Source: Candidatus Moanibacter sp. (GTDB lineage: Bacteria > Verrucomicrobiota > Verrucomicrobiia > Opitutales > UBA2987). From it: 64,000 bases of DNA. Made by a program: the position numbers and the translations under genes. Positions 10,140-21,521 of the stretch are shown here, piece by piece; position 1 is the stretch's first letter, and every line of letters starts with the position of its first letter. The DNA lies in NCBI GenBank assembly GCA_965215885.1, contig CBDCEW010000105.1, forward strand, positions 288,001-352,000, given 5' to 3'. The notes beneath the pieces were generated by a model. That model saw nothing but the letters and a program-made list of their open reading frames with translations. It had not been told where the DNA came from and did no database searches.

Positions 10140-11948
10140 TTGCGGGCAGAGGCTGAACGGGCCCTGCAAACGGTGGGGGCTGTGCCTGCGCAAACGAGTT
10201 ATCGCTTCGATGCCCGGGAGGACGAAGAGGGTCCTTCAGAGGTGCGCAAGACCCTGCGCCGCAAGGTGGTCAGTTTCTCCTATGGATGCTTCCAGGCGGT
10301 GGAAGTTGTGCGCGAGCAGGGGCAAGGGAGCCACCGCAACAGCTACCGTTCTGCTCGCCTGGAACAGATCGTGCCCTCGCATAGTCGCTACGCTTACGAT
10401 CTGATTGCCTATGTGGGCAAGCGATGTTTGTGCGAAAGCGCCACCCTCAAAGAGGTGCACAGGGAACTGCGCGAGGGCCCGGGGCAGCTGCAGATTGCTC
10501 AAAGCAGCCTCTATGAGATGCAGCAGAAGTTTCTTTTTTATCTGGGTCGGCTGCACGCCGCGGCCGCTCCGGTGCTTAAAGATTACCTGAGCGCTCGCCC
10601 TTGCCTGCGCTGGCTGGTGGATGGGACCGTGGAACCGCAGACGCCGGTTTTCTTCGCTGTTCAGGAAGCCGACGAAGGGATCCTTTTGGGCAGCTGGAAA
10701 ATGCCTTCCGAACAGAGCGAAACGATCAGTGGCTGTTTTGCCCGGGCTTTTGGCCAACCCCACCATGTCTATCATGATTTAAGCGCTCAGATCAGCAAGG
10801 CCTGCGAGAGCGAAACCTTCCAGGCCCCCCATGGCGTCTGCCATTATCATTTCGCCCGCAATGTGGGCGAACAGCTTTATCGAAAACCCCAGCAGATGCT
10901 CAACGGGCGCTTGCGGCAATTGAAGCTCATGGAGCGCATGCGCGAGCAACGCAAACACATCACCGCAAAGCTCCGTGACGCCCTCCGTGAAAAACACGCC
11001 CTCGTCCTGGCCGATTTGCTCACCGCCAAAGCGCTCGCAGTGCCCTTCGATCCCACCCTTGCACGGGAACTGCTCATGGCCCTGCAATTGTGGATTTTGG
11101 ATTATCCCTGCGACGGTCACCGCCAGGGCTTTCCCTTCGATCCTTACCTGCTTTATTGGCATCGGCGGGTCGTGCGCGCCCATGCCGCCCTGGAGCAGTG
11201 GCTTGCCCGCGCTCCTGCCAGTTGCTCTGTTCTGCGAAGCTTCTTTCATCTTTCGACCGGGTTGAAGCAGTATCTGGCTGATGCCCTCGTCATCGAAGCC
11301 GCTACTATCTATGAAAACGCTTTTTGCATTTTCAGCGCTTTGCGCGATGCCCTTTGGCTCAGCGCCAGCGGCCCCTGCCCTTTAAGCGACCCTTATCTGT
11401 TGCAAGCAGGACAAGCCGCTGAGCTCACCGAGGCTCTCCAGTTGCTGCGTGCCCAATATCGCCAAAAAGGCGCCTCCCTGACCAACCCCTCGAAAGCCAA
11501 ACTCTACCGCACCGTGGTCACTCATCTGGACAAATACTGGCAGCGGCTGCTTCCCCCACCGGCCCATCCAGACAGCGTACGCACGACCAATGAGCTGGAA
11601 GGCACCTGGCGCACCTCCAAGCGCAAACGCCGTCAAACCCACGGGCGCAAAAATCTGACGCGCGACTTTGAAGCGCTCCCCGAAGAATACATGCTCCTGC
11701 CCAACTTACACAATCCCCGCTATGTGGAGCTGGTTTTAGGCAGTATCGATAATCTGCCCCAAAAGCTTGCCCAGGCTGCACAGAAAGCACCCCCCTTCAG
11801 TCACTGGCGGGCGAACAGAAAAACCCTCGCCGTGGGTCGATTGCCCAAAAAGCTCCTGCGAAAAGAAAACTTCCTTGAGGAACTCTTCGAAGTCTGTAAT
11901 CGCCAGGATCAATCCTTAAACCCGCAACCCCATCGGATTGCCTCCTGA
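10140..11948 (+). CDS. IS ORF B, putative DDE transposase
   Basis: WLVDGT, YHDL, CHYHF, RTTNELEG; -1 frame relative to ORF A and open back to the A9 run. Confidence 0.75.
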   Translation: MRAEAERALQTVGAVPAQTSYRFDAREDEEGPSEVRKTLRRKVVSFSYGCFQAVEVVREQGQGSHRNSYRSARLEQIVPSHSRYAYDLIAYVGKRCLCESATLKEVHRELREGPGQLQIAQSSLYEMQQKFLFYLGRLHAAAAPVLKDYLSARPCLRWLVDGTVEPQTPVFFAVQEADEGILLGSWKMPSEQSETISGCFARAFGQPHHVYHDLSAQISKACESETFQAPHGVCHYHFARNVGEQLYRKPQQMLNGRLRQLKLMERMREQRKHITAKLRDALREKHALVLADLLTAKALAVPFDPTLARELLMALQLWILDYPCDGHRQGFPFDPYLLYWHRRVVRAHAALEQWLARAPASCSVLRSFFHLSTGLKQYLADALVIEAATIYENAFCIFSALRDALWLSASGPCPLSDPYLLQAGQAAELTEALQLLRAQYRQKGASLTNPSKAKLYRTVVTHLDKYWQRLLPPPAHPDSVRTTNELEGTWRTSKRKRRQTHGRKNLTRDFEALPEEYMLLPNLHNPRYVELVLGSIDNLPQKLAQAAQKAPPFSHWRANRKTLAVGRLPKKLLRKENFLEELFEVCNRQDQSLNPQPHRIAS

Positions 11949-12183
11949 CAACGACTCCAGTGCCCTCCCTCTGCTCCCCATTTTCTTCATGCTCTAACCA
12001 GAGAACTCCACGCAATTTGCGTGCCAACCGAAATTCAGAACGATGGGCACAAGACCGGGGCAGCCAGCAATCAAGGGCACGCTAAATGCGTCAACTTCAA
12101 CTTCCTCATAAACGGTATGCGCTCCCATATTACTCGAGTCTGTAAATACCACCACACGTCTTCTTAGGGAAATTGGAGATTTC

Positions 12184-13746
12184 ATGGAGAGTTGGGCACA
12201 GAAGACCCTTCGACAACTTACGATCGAGCAAAAGTTAGGCCAGCTTATGGTCTCCTATATGGATGACGAGGGCGACATCCGCGAGCTGGCACGCAAGGGT
12301 GCCCTCGGGGGCCTCTATAGTGTCGGCTCCACGACGGTCAGAGGGGCGGCTGAATGGATCAGAGATCTTCAGAAGGAATCGCAGATCCCCTTGTTGATCT
12401 GTTCGGATTTCGAATACGGCAACACCTTCGAGGGTGGAACCGACCTACCATCGAGCCTGGCAATCGGCGCCACCGGAGATCCGGAACTTGCCCGCGAGGC
12501 AGGCCGGATGACGGCACGTGAAGTGAAGGCGATGGGCTTTCGCTTTATGGGCTCCCCCGTTTGCGACATCAATACGAACCCGCTAAACCCTATCATCAAC
12601 ATCCGCTCCTACGGGGAGACGAAGGAGAGGGTGAGCGAGATGGCGGTGGCCTACATGGAAGGAGTCCAGGGGGAAGGGGTCTGTGCCTGCCTTAAACATT
12701 TCCCAGGACATGGAGATACCGAGGAAGACTCCCATCGAATGCTACCGAGACTCTCTCATGACAGGGAGAGGATGGAGGACGTTGAACTAGCGCCCTTCGC
12801 GGCCGGCATCGCCGCGGGTGTTAAATGCGTCATGACCAGCCACATCATCATTGAAGCGCTTGATTCGGAACACCCTGCTACCATGTCCCGCCCGGTATTG
12901 CACGGTTTGTTGCGGGAGAGAATGGGCTTCCGCGGCATCATCATAAGCGACGCCATGGCCATGCATGCCATCGCTCACAACTATGCGTTTGACGAGGCTG
13001 CGGGCCTGGCGATCCAGGCCGGATGCGATGCCATCATTCCAAGCGAGTCGATGCGCACCTTTGATTCCTTGAAGAAAGCCTATCGCGACGGGGTAATCAG
13101 CCAGACGAGAATTGACGAGTCGGTCATGCGTATTCTCGCGGCTAAGGAGGAGCTGGGCCTCGTCGGTACCTTGCCCGACCCGGCTGAGGCTGAGCAAGTC
13201 GTCGCAGATCCCGAGCATGCAGCTCTGGCCCGCAGAATCGCCGCAGCTTCAATCGCCCCCCTTGCGGATTCTGACCACCTGTTGCCTCTCACCACTGATA
13301 GAGCCGGTAGAACCGGGGTTATTATCGTTTCCAATTACGAAATTGAGCGGGTGGATAAGGATGAATGGAGGGGTTTCGAGGATGCCCTTCGAGACAGGCT
13401 TCCCATCAGCGAAGTATATTATGCAACTCCGACCTCGATCCCTCAGGTCGATACCGATAGGTTTGATACGCTTCTCGTCGGCCTCTTCATCCAGTTGAAG
13501 GCCTACAATCCCTATAGTGGAAGTCTTCCGGATGCTCCCAGAACCCTTATCGAAGGCCTATTCAGGAAAGCGCAAAACGTCTTTCTCCTCTCCTTCGGGA
13601 GCCCTTATCCCATAGCCCAAATTTCCGGGCTTAGAGGAGGTCTGTGCGCTTTCAGCGACTCCCGGGTTTCGATCGAGGCCGCAGTGGGCGTCCTCACCGG
13701 AGAAATTCCGGCAAAGGGGGAAATTCCCCCGAGTTTGAAGCGTTAA
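12184..13746 (+). CDS. GH3 beta-N-acetylhexosaminidase-like glycosidase
   Basis: QKLGQL, SDFEYG, NPIINIRSYG, KHFPGHGDTEEDSH, IISDAMAM. Confidence 0.92.
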   Translation: MESWAQKTLRQLTIEQKLGQLMVSYMDDEGDIRELARKGALGGLYSVGSTTVRGAAEWIRDLQKESQIPLLICSDFEYGNTFEGGTDLPSSLAIGATGDPELAREAGRMTAREVKAMGFRFMGSPVCDINTNPLNPIINIRSYGETKERVSEMAVAYMEGVQGEGVCACLKHFPGHGDTEEDSHRMLPRLSHDRERMEDVELAPFAAGIAAGVKCVMTSHIIIEALDSEHPATMSRPVLHGLLRERMGFRGIIISDAMAMHAIAHNYAFDEAAGLAIQAGCDAIIPSESMRTFDSLKKAYRDGVISQTRIDESVMRILAAKEELGLVGTLPDPAEAEQVVADPEHAALARRIAAASIAPLADSDHLLPLTTDRAGRTGVIIVSNYEIERVDKDEWRGFEDALRDRLPISEVYYATPTSIPQVDTDRFDTLLVGLFIQLKAYNPYSGSLPDAPRTLIEGLFRKAQNVFLLSFGSPYPIAQISGLRGGLCAFSDSRVSIEAAVGVLTGEIPAKGEIPPSLKR

Positions 13747-13838
13747 CCCGAAAATCTCACAGATTTTCGGGTTAATTGTGCAACCTCATGCAAATTGGAC
13801 TGCTCCTATGTTCGTATTTCGGCGAAATACGAACATAG
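13743..13838. repeat. Two perfect hairpins after the GH3 gene (terminator-like or collapsed MITE ends)
   Basis: TTAACCCGAAAATCT-cac-AGATTTTCGGGTTAA (13743-13775) and CTATGTTCGTATTTCG-g-CGAAATACGAACATAG (13806-13838). Confidence 0.75.
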
Positions 13839-13929
13839 ATCCGACTTTATCCAAGTCTGAATTCCGGTATCGAGAGATGGATTCTTCTTGATTCACTGAT
13901 CAAGAACCCATTCGTTCCCAATCTGAAGG

Positions 13930-14536
13930 ATGGTTACGGCAGATCAATTTAAAGACGATTATGAGACCGACACCGGGCATCAAGGTGTGCCCTACAGTGA
14001 AGACGAGACGGCAAAACTGGTAGAGACGTTTCATAGGGAGGGATGGATACATTTGGGGAATATCCTGACGCCTGGGGAAGTGGATGCCTTGAAGGGGGCG
14101 ATGATCAGGAAGTACGACGACAGGCGACTGCAGGATGACGAGGAGGGTGACCATATCCGGGGCCCCATCCTCATGCGCATGTTTGAATACCACCAGTCGT
14201 TCAGGGATCTCATCGAGCGTGAACCGGTCGTCAGTCTAGCCGAGTCAATATTGGGTGACGACTGCCACGTGATGTCCCAGAACGCGATGCGGACCGCACT
14301 CGATTATCGCCAGAGCCGGAGATGCCTACATCTTCCACAACCAGGTATGGCATCGCGGCGCCCTGAACCAATCAGATCGTGTACGTTACGTCGCGACCAT
14401 AGTCTACAGCCGGCGGTTCATCGCACAACGATTCTATCCGTTTCTGAATTACCGGATGCCGGACCATGTCTTCGAAGGCGCCGATGACCGGTTGCTTCGC
14501 CTTCTCGGGAAACATGCCAAAGGTGCTTACGGATGA
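13930..14536 (+). pseudogene. Phytanoyl-CoA dioxygenase (PhyH) family gene with internal deletion
   Basis: FHREGWI...LAESILG...SQN joined out of frame near 14300 to RAGDAYIFHNQVWHRG...NQSDRVR; HxD motif region missing. Confidence 0.8.
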
Positions 14537-14622
14537 ATACTCTCCGTCCCGGCATGCCGGGACGGGGAATTACCGAGTAAAATTATATCCAAGGATCAGC
14601 ACAGGATGAAGGAAGAGAGCGC

Positions 14623-15474
14623 ATGAACACAGGAGAATTTCGCTATGAAGTCGTTGAGGGCTGGGGGCTGGGTCCGGAAGGAAGGGCTATGGGTGGCGTT
14701 GTTCCAGGCGTCGCAGTCGACTCCGGCGGCCGTGTTTTTCTCAGTCGTCGCGAACCTTCTGCGATACTGGTTTACAATTCTGAGGGCCATTACCTCGATA
14801 CCTGGGGCTTAGAAATCGTGGCCAATCCTCACTTGCTCTGGATCGATTCCAACGATCACCTTTACTGCGCCTGCTGTGATGACCACACCGTCCGCAGGTT
14901 CGATCCCGATGGGCGCCTCGTCGAGACTTTGGGCACGCCCGGCCAATCCGGGGATCCCGGCATGCCTTTTAATATGCCTACCAGAGCTATGCGCGCCCCT
15001 TCCGGAGACCTTTATGTTTCCGACGGCTATGGCCAGCACCGCGTTCAGCGCCTGGATTCGAATGGCAATCTGCTCGGTGGCTGGGGCGAAGAAGGAAAAG
15101 AAACGGGACAGTTCGCCCTTCCCCACAGCCTCTGGGTCGACCGCCGGAACCGCGTCTGGGTGGTCGACCGGGAAAACCACCGCATCCAGATATTTGATGC
15201 TCAGGGAGCTTTTCTCGACCAGTGGACCGACCTAACCCTGCCCATGGACCTCTACATCGATTCAGACGACATCGTCTATGTTTCCGAAGCTCACAGCCGG
15301 ATCAGCATTTTCAATATTGAGGGCGAACTCCTGGCGCGCTGGGGCGAGGATGGTGAGGCCCCCGGGCAATTCGCCGACGCACCACATGGCATCTGGGTCG
15401 ACGCCGTGGGCGACCTCTACGTCACGGAAGTGGCGACACTCCACAACCGTGTGCAGAAATTCAGACGAATTTAA
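14623..15474 (+). CDS. NHL-repeat protein (peptidyl-alpha-hydroxyglycine lyase-like)
   Basis: Repeated GQF..PH...VD..G.LYV.D; YVSDGYG; VVDRENHRIQIFD. Confidence 0.88.
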   Translation: MNTGEFRYEVVEGWGLGPEGRAMGGVVPGVAVDSGGRVFLSRREPSAILVYNSEGHYLDTWGLEIVANPHLLWIDSNDHLYCACCDDHTVRRFDPDGRLVETLGTPGQSGDPGMPFNMPTRAMRAPSGDLYVSDGYGQHRVQRLDSNGNLLGGWGEEGKETGQFALPHSLWVDRRNRVWVVDRENHRIQIFDAQGAFLDQWTDLTLPMDLYIDSDDIVYVSEAHSRISIFNIEGELLARWGEDGEAPGQFADAPHGIWVDAVGDLYVTEVATLHNRVQKFRRI

Positions 15475-16410
15475 ATGATTCTACGAACATACGGCCGTTC
15501 AGGTCTGGAAGTCTCCGCTCTGGCTTTCGGTAGCTGGCCGATCGCGGGCATCGGGTGGAGCAATGTGAACGAGAAGGATTCCATCGCCACTATTCAACAG
15601 GCACTGGATCTGGGCATAAACTTCATAGACACGGCCTACATGTATGGAGAGAGCGGCGAATCGGAGACCCTTGTTGGGAAAGCGATCGCAGGACGGCGGG
15701 ACGAGGCCATTGTCGCCACCAAATGCGGAGTACACTGGAAAAATGGGGAAACGGTGCGCGACAGCTCTCCAGAGAGAATCAGGCGGGATATTGAGGAGAG
15801 TCTGCGCCGTTTGAACACCGATGTTATTGATCTCTATCAGGTGCATGCGCCTTGCCAGAGAACCCCATTAGAAAAGACGGCGGAGACCATGGGATCGCTT
15901 CTCAAGGAAGGAAAGATCCGTGCAGTCGGAGTGAGCAATTACACTGTCGAGCAGATGAAGACATTTTCCACGGTCACGCCCATCCAATCCCTGCAGCCGC
16001 GCTACAGTATGATCGATCGGAAAATTGAGAAGGAGATCGTTCCCTACTGCCTTGTGCAGAACATTGGAATATGTGTATACTGCCCCCTCGAGCGGGGCCT
16101 GCTCACGGATCGCATTAAACCGGCCCATGAATATCCGCCCGAGGATGCCCGCCACACTGAACCCGCCTTCAAAGGAGGGGAGTTTTTTCGCACCAGGACC
16201 ATGAACGAAGCGCTGCGGGCGATCGCCCGGGAATGTGATGTCACCCTAACTCAACTCGTCCTCAACTGGACCGTGCATCAGCCCGGCATAACGGTGGCGA
16301 TCGTCGGCGCGACGCGGCCCCATCAAGTCGTCGAGAACGCCAAAGCGCTCGACTTCGAACTCACGGAAGAGCAGATGAAGAGAATCAACGATATCGTTGA
16401 ATCTCGATAG
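15475..16410 (+). CDS. Aldo/keto reductase
   Basis: GINFIDTAYMYG, VATKCG, IDLYQVH, GKIRAVGVSN. Confidence 0.95.
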   Translation: MILRTYGRSGLEVSALAFGSWPIAGIGWSNVNEKDSIATIQQALDLGINFIDTAYMYGESGESETLVGKAIAGRRDEAIVATKCGVHWKNGETVRDSSPERIRRDIEESLRRLNTDVIDLYQVHAPCQRTPLEKTAETMGSLLKEGKIRAVGVSNYTVEQMKTFSTVTPIQSLQPRYSMIDRKIEKEIVPYCLVQNIGICVYCPLERGLLTDRIKPAHEYPPEDARHTEPAFKGGEFFRTRTMNEALRAIARECDVTLTQLVLNWTVHQPGITVAIVGATRPHQVVENAKALDFELTEEQMKRINDIVESR

Positions 16411-16620
16411 AGAATCGATCAATATGGCAACGGATCAAAGGGCTGCAACTGATAGAGAGGGACCGTGCCGTACGGCACGGCCGGCGCGCCAGTACTCCGC
16501 AGTACCAAAGATTCGAGGAAACCGCGGATTGAAACTGGATTTCACAACGGACGGTGGGGGGTCAGTGCTTCCTCAGCCCTAATATCCTTCACGAACCAAA
16601 GCGTATTCACAGTCTGACGC

Positions 16621-16760
16621 GAATGGCGCTAAGTTAGGGGATCCTATCGCTCGCAAGCGAGCTTCCTGCGAATTGCGTAAGCTGTTGTAGGAAGGCCGCT
16701 TGCGGCCGAACCCGACTGTCACCCGATCTTTCGATTATGTCCCTTATCTTAGCGCCATTC
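16621..16760. mobile_element. 140-bp MITE with 13-bp terminal IRs and 11-bp TSD
   Basis: GAATGGCGCTAAG / CTTAGCGCCATTC; CAGTCTGACGC at 16610-16620 and 16761-16771. Confidence 0.88.
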
Positions 16761-17036
16761 CAGTCTGACGCTGGCATCATACCCAACGTATCTCTTGGCT
16801 ACTAACCAGAAAATTTCACAGACGCCTTTGCAGCAGACCGGAATGGGATCAGACGCAAGTGGCATTTCTTGAATCGCAAACCAACGGTTAAGTAACAAAA
16901 AGCTTGCGCGCTTTTCCTGAACCTTATCATCGTATTGCTGTTGAGGTCGCGTTTCGATTCGGCGTAACAGGGAATGTCCTGGACGTGCGAGTCAGCCGTT
17001 TTACCTATACTGGAATAGCAAAATCTGGAGGCACGT

Positions 17037-17936
17037 ATGAAAAAAGAGAAATTAACACACTGGCTATTGGAGCGGAAGACACCGTTATTTATGATCTTTG
17101 CGACATTGGGAGGATTGCTTCTGATGATTCCCACTGCCAGGGGGACGACCGGAACATTGTCGATATCATCGAGTACAGTGCTCACGGAAGACCATTTCGG
17201 AAACATCGGCATAGATGCCGACGAAATTACGTTTGATTGTGACGGCTACGCCGTTTCCGGCTCGGGTTCAGGTCTTGGAATCGCCCTAATCGGCAGGTCC
17301 AGGGTCACGGTAAGTAATTGTCATGTCGAAGCCTTCAACATCGGCATATTCCTCAGCGCTTCCTCGGGCAATTTCCTGGAGGATAATACGGCCAGCGGAA
17401 ACAGTGTTTTCGCTTTCTTGCTTGCCGCTGGATCGAACAGCAACTCGTTAGAGGAAAACGCTGCTCAAGGAAACGATGGCGACGGTTTCCTTATCTCCAA
17501 CTCCTCCAATGGTAATTTCCTTGAAGGGAACATCGCCGAAGAGAACAAGATTGGGTTTCTTGTGTTCAGTGATTCGGATCACAATATTTTTGAAGGGAAC
17601 ACCGCAAGAAACAACGCGGAGAACGGATTTCAGACATTCTTATCCCACAACAACGTATTTTGGAAAAACGTCTCCAATGATAACGGATTCGGCGGGTTCT
17701 TCCTCCTCGATTCGAACTTCAACCGATTAACGGAGAATTCCACCAGCGGAAACGTAATATTCGGCGGGATCGACCTGACGCGATCTCACGACAATATTCT
17801 GAAAGAGAACGTGTCGAAAAATAATGGCGCAGGCGGCAGCGGTTTTGGCGGGTATTTCTTGGCTACATCCGATTTTAATCGTCTCGAGAAAAATGTCGCC
17901 ACGAAAAACACAGTGTTCGACGGCTTTGCAGGGTAA
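17037..17936 (+). pseudogene. Secreted parallel beta-helix (NosD/CASH-like) protein, truncated at the ISAs1-like element
   Basis: Signal peptide then ~22-aa repeats (S..N.LE.N.A..N..GF); ends abruptly at CAGGGT 17929. Confidence 0.75.
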
Positions 17937-19604
17937 AAGGATTCCAGGAAGCAACTAGCTGATAAGCAAGAAGATAAAAAAAGAGCTAAACAAACCCGAG
18001 GGAATCAGTCATGTTAAGATGGGATGAAAGACAAAAAATCTTACCAACTGAATCCTTCGATAGATCGTTTAACTCTGCGTCTGGTCCTGCCCGAAGAGCA
18101 GGAGCGATTCAATGATCTATTGAAACAACATCATTATTTACACAGTGCGGGCAGCGCAGGAGAGACCCTGCGCTATGTGGCGCAGATCGACGGGCAATGG
18201 ATGGGCCTGCTCTTGTGGGGGGCCGCATCCTACCGGCTGAAGGATCGAGACGAATGGATCGGGTGGGACGGGGCGCAACGGCATGCACGATTGAAACTGG
18301 TAGTACAGAACCGGCGTTTTCTGATTTTGCCCGGGGTGGATCTTGCAAATTTGGCCTCCAAGACGTTGGGTATGTGCCTGAGAGTCTTAGCCGATCACTG
18401 GCAGGAGGCTTTTGGCTATCGTCCCTTAGTAGCGGAAACGTTCGTGGACCCACAGATTCACCGGGGCACTTGCTACGAAGCGAGCGGGTGGACGCCCTTG
18501 GGCTTGAGCGCGGGATATGGCCGCCAACGCGAAGATTTCTATCAACGCCATGAGCGTCCCAAGCAGATCTGGGTCAAACCCCTCAAGGCTAATGCCCTTG
18601 AGCTTTTGCGCGCTTCAGGGCCATTGCCCGCGGCACAGAGCCAGGCGCTCAATGAAACCGATAACTCCCATGCGGTCTGCCTCAAAGTGGAACAGATGAG
18701 CAGCCTGTGGGAACGCTTCAATCAGATAGAAGACTTCCGTCGTAAAGCGGGCCTTAGATATCGGCTCGCCACGGTCCTGAGCATGATTGTGCTCGGCACG
18801 ATGTGCGGCAAACAGACCCTCAAGGGCATCGTGCGCCTGGCCCATCATCTCAATCAAGCCCAATTGCGCGCCTTACGCTCCTGGAAAAACCCCAAAACAG
18901 GCCGCTATAAGGCCCCTTGCTATGATGTCTTCTATCGGGTCTTGCAAAACGTAAAGGCCGAGCTCTTCGATAAAACCCTCACCGAATTCATCTGCTTACA
19001 AGACGGCTGTTTGCCCCGCGATATTGCCGTCGACGGCAAGACCCTCAAAGGCACAAACACCGAAGAATCAAAGGCTCTGCACCTGGTGGCCGCAGTCGAT
19101 CACCAAAGCGCTCAAACCTTAGCCCAAGTCGCTACCGCCGATAAATCCAACGAGATCACCGCCGCCCAGACTCTCTTGCGAAAGATGCCCATTTTGGACG
19201 GCTCCACCTTCACCTTCGACGCCATGCATAATCAAAAAGAAACTGCCCACATCGTCGTCGAAGAACTCAGTGCTGACTATGTTATTCAAATTAAAGACAA
19301 TCAGCCCAACATGCATCAATACGCTCAGAATCTCTTCAGCTCCACCCCCTTTTTCTCCACCAACTCTGACTTTTGTGGATGTAACGACTTCCCATCCCCT
19401 ATCATCATATACCACTAAAGCCGAAGCAAGCTTCGGGGAATGAACCGTGGACAATGACCATGGGCGACTCGAAATACGTCAAATAGCAACCCATTCTCTA
19501 AGCGCTCCCTCTGCCGGCCTGCCCCATGCCCGCCAGTTCGCCTGTGTGCAACGCACCTTCCATTATCCAAACAAAGCTGAACCTTCCTCTGAACGCTCTT
19601 ACTA

Positions 19605-21521
19605 GACCCCATTCGAAAAGCCTTTCGAGCGGGCGGTTTAAGGTTCTCCGCCACGGGCGGACCAGCCTATGGCTGGCAGGTTTCGGGTTTTAGGCTGCCG
19701 GCGCTGCCGATGAGCAGGTATTGAGCGGCCATCGGCGTGGCTTGCTGCACAATACGTATATTTGCCGCTGTCTGGAGGCATACTCATCCCGTGGTGCTTT
19801 TTTCTCTGAGCTTCAAAGCGGTCAGATTCAGGCTGCCTGTTCCAGTTCCTCCCCTCGGCGTTTCTTCATCAGTATGATGCGGCAGAAGTTGTAGGCCAGA
19901 ACCTTCTCGAGCAGTTCATCGCCTACCGCATCGATGCCGCGGCGGCCGAGTTCGCCAAAGGCAAATCCATCTTTAATCGTGAACATCAGCGACTCCACTG
20001 CGGAGCGATCGCGGCGTGCCTCGCGATACGCCTCGCTCTCCCAGTCCTCGGGGGTGGTCAACTTCTTGCCCTTCGCCCCACTGATACTGATCTGCTTTAC
20101 CCCCATGCTCAGCACCTCCTTGCGTCCCTTCGCCGAAGCATATCCGTCATCGGTGCTGACCAGTTCAGCAATGACACCGGTGCGCTTGATCGAATCGCCG
20201 ATGGCCGGCGCCAGCTCAATGGAGTCTGCCGCGTTGCCTTGCGGTACGATCAGGCTGGTGACAAAACCGTTTTCGCTGCGAACCAGTTGTGGCTTGTACC
20301 CGATCACTGGATTGCGGCTGCCCTTCTTGATGTAGGCCGCCGATCCGTCCGAGAGGCTCAGGACCTTCTGTGTGGACGGTAGCTTCTTTTCGTGAAACAC
20401 CCGATCATGAGCATACTCAACAACCCGCTTGGCGTCGGCAATATCGCCCCTGATCTGGCTCAATGCCCGCTCCAGAAGCTCCCGGCGAGTGGGAGGCAGT
20501 GAATCCATCGACAGGCCCTCTTCAAGATGGCTCAGTTCCCCCGTTAGTGAGTCGGCCGCCTTGCGGCCCCGCTTGAGCAACCGCCGGTAGTGTTTCTTCA
20601 GCTTGCCCTTCGACTTCGGTTTGCCCGCGGCCAGACAAATCTGAAACTCCAGCTTGTCCATTTCCTCCAGCCAACGCCCAACCCATCCCTTGCGAAAATC
20701 CTCCAGCCCGAAGACATGCAACTTCTGACCCAAACGATTGGCCCGCATCAAAAGACCGCTCAGAATCTTCCCATCGGTGGGCCAGCAGCTGTTTGCTTTC
20801 ACCGAGGTGCTGTCGATCGTCAGCTTCCCGAAATCGTCCCATTGCTCCTGGAGGATAAACCCAATCTGTTTATCAAAGATCAACTCGCGGGTCGTATGGC
20901 TGACCAGGTTCACGTTCTCCAGAATCGTCGTCACCGCCGGCATTCTCAGTCCCCCGCTCTGCAAAAATCCGTACAAGCTCATCGACTCGCGCACAAACCG
21001 CCGTGCCGGTTTCGTGGTCAACGAACCCAGAAACCCTCGAATCATCACGAACACGTATACCGCATAAGCCGGCATCCGCGGCCGGCCTGCCCCAAGATTC
21101 AATTCAGCAGCCAGAATATTCTCCTCCTCGATGTCCAGCTCCGGCAGCTCCGCTGTGCGCCCTTCAAAGAACCTGCGATCTTCCAATCGAAGTTTCTTCT
21201 TCTCACGCGCATGGGCGTCCAGATCCTTCTCGATCGCCTCGATGATTTGCGCCGCGAACCCGGCCAATTCTTCAACTTCATCCAGAAAATCACGGAAATC
21301 CGTGTCTGGAACCGGCAGAATGAGGTTGCTAAGGGGCGTCTTATCGCTTTTGTTCTCCTCTGTCGCACATGTTGGCATGTTTAACTCCTTTCTTAATCTT
21401 AGGTTGTTAAACACTAGCATGTTGCGACACTTTTTATCAAGCCAAAAAATGATTTTTCTCAAGTTTTTCTTGCGCCTTTTGCGCCTCTTTGCGGCCAATC
21501 AGTAGCTTTTCGGATAAGGTC
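19605..21521 (-). mobile_element. IS (IS5/ISNCY-like DDE) nested in the ISAs1-like transposase, 6-bp TSD TTACTA
   Basis: IRs GACCCCATTCGAAAAGC / GCTTTTCGGATAAGGTC; TTACTA at 19599-19604 and 21522-21527; removing it restores SERSYYVSSL. Confidence 0.88.
19828..21498 (-). CDS. Transposase of the nested IS (true start probably ATG 21378, MPTC...)
   Basis: GRPRMP, TIDST, IKKG.R.PVIGYK, STDDGYAS, RSAVES. Confidence 0.85.
   Translation of the reverse strand: MAAKRRKRRKKNLRKIIFWLDKKCRNMLVFNNLRLRKELNMPTCATEENKSDKTPLSNLILPVPDTDFRDFLDEVEELAGFAAQIIEAIEKDLDAHAREKKKLRLEDRRFFEGRTAELPELDIEEENILAAELNLGAGRPRMPAYAVYVFVMIRGFLGSLTTKPARRFVRESMSLYGFLQSGGLRMPAVTTILENVNLVSHTTRELIFDKQIGFILQEQWDDFGKLTIDSTSVKANSCWPTDGKILSGLLMRANRLGQKLHVFGLEDFRKGWVGRWLEEMDKLEFQICLAAGKPKSKGKLKKHYRRLLKRGRKAADSLTGELSHLEEGLSMDSLPPTRRELLERALSQIRGDIADAKRVVEYAHDRVFHEKKLPSTQKVLSLSDGSAAYIKKGSRNPVIGYKPQLVRSENGFVTSLIVPQGNAADSIELAPAIGDSIKRTGVIAELVSTDDGYASAKGRKEVLSMGVKQISISGAKGKKLTTPEDWESEAYREARRDRSAVESLMFTIKDGFAFGELGRRGIDAVGDELLEKVLAYNFCRIILMKKRRGEELEQAA

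Larger units (their letters stand above)
9100..12045 (+). mobile_element. 2946-bp two-ORF insertion sequence of uncertain family with 11-bp TSD
   Basis: GGCACAAGACC at 9089-9099 and 12046-12056; imperfect 22-bp IRs CATAATTACGAAATTGGGTTGG / CCAACCGAAATTCAGAACGATG. Confidence 0.85.

Noticed and set aside
18024..19418. Druantia anti-phage system
   Set aside because: The DruA-like domain is fused to an ISAs1 transposase and no DruE helicase or partner genes are present
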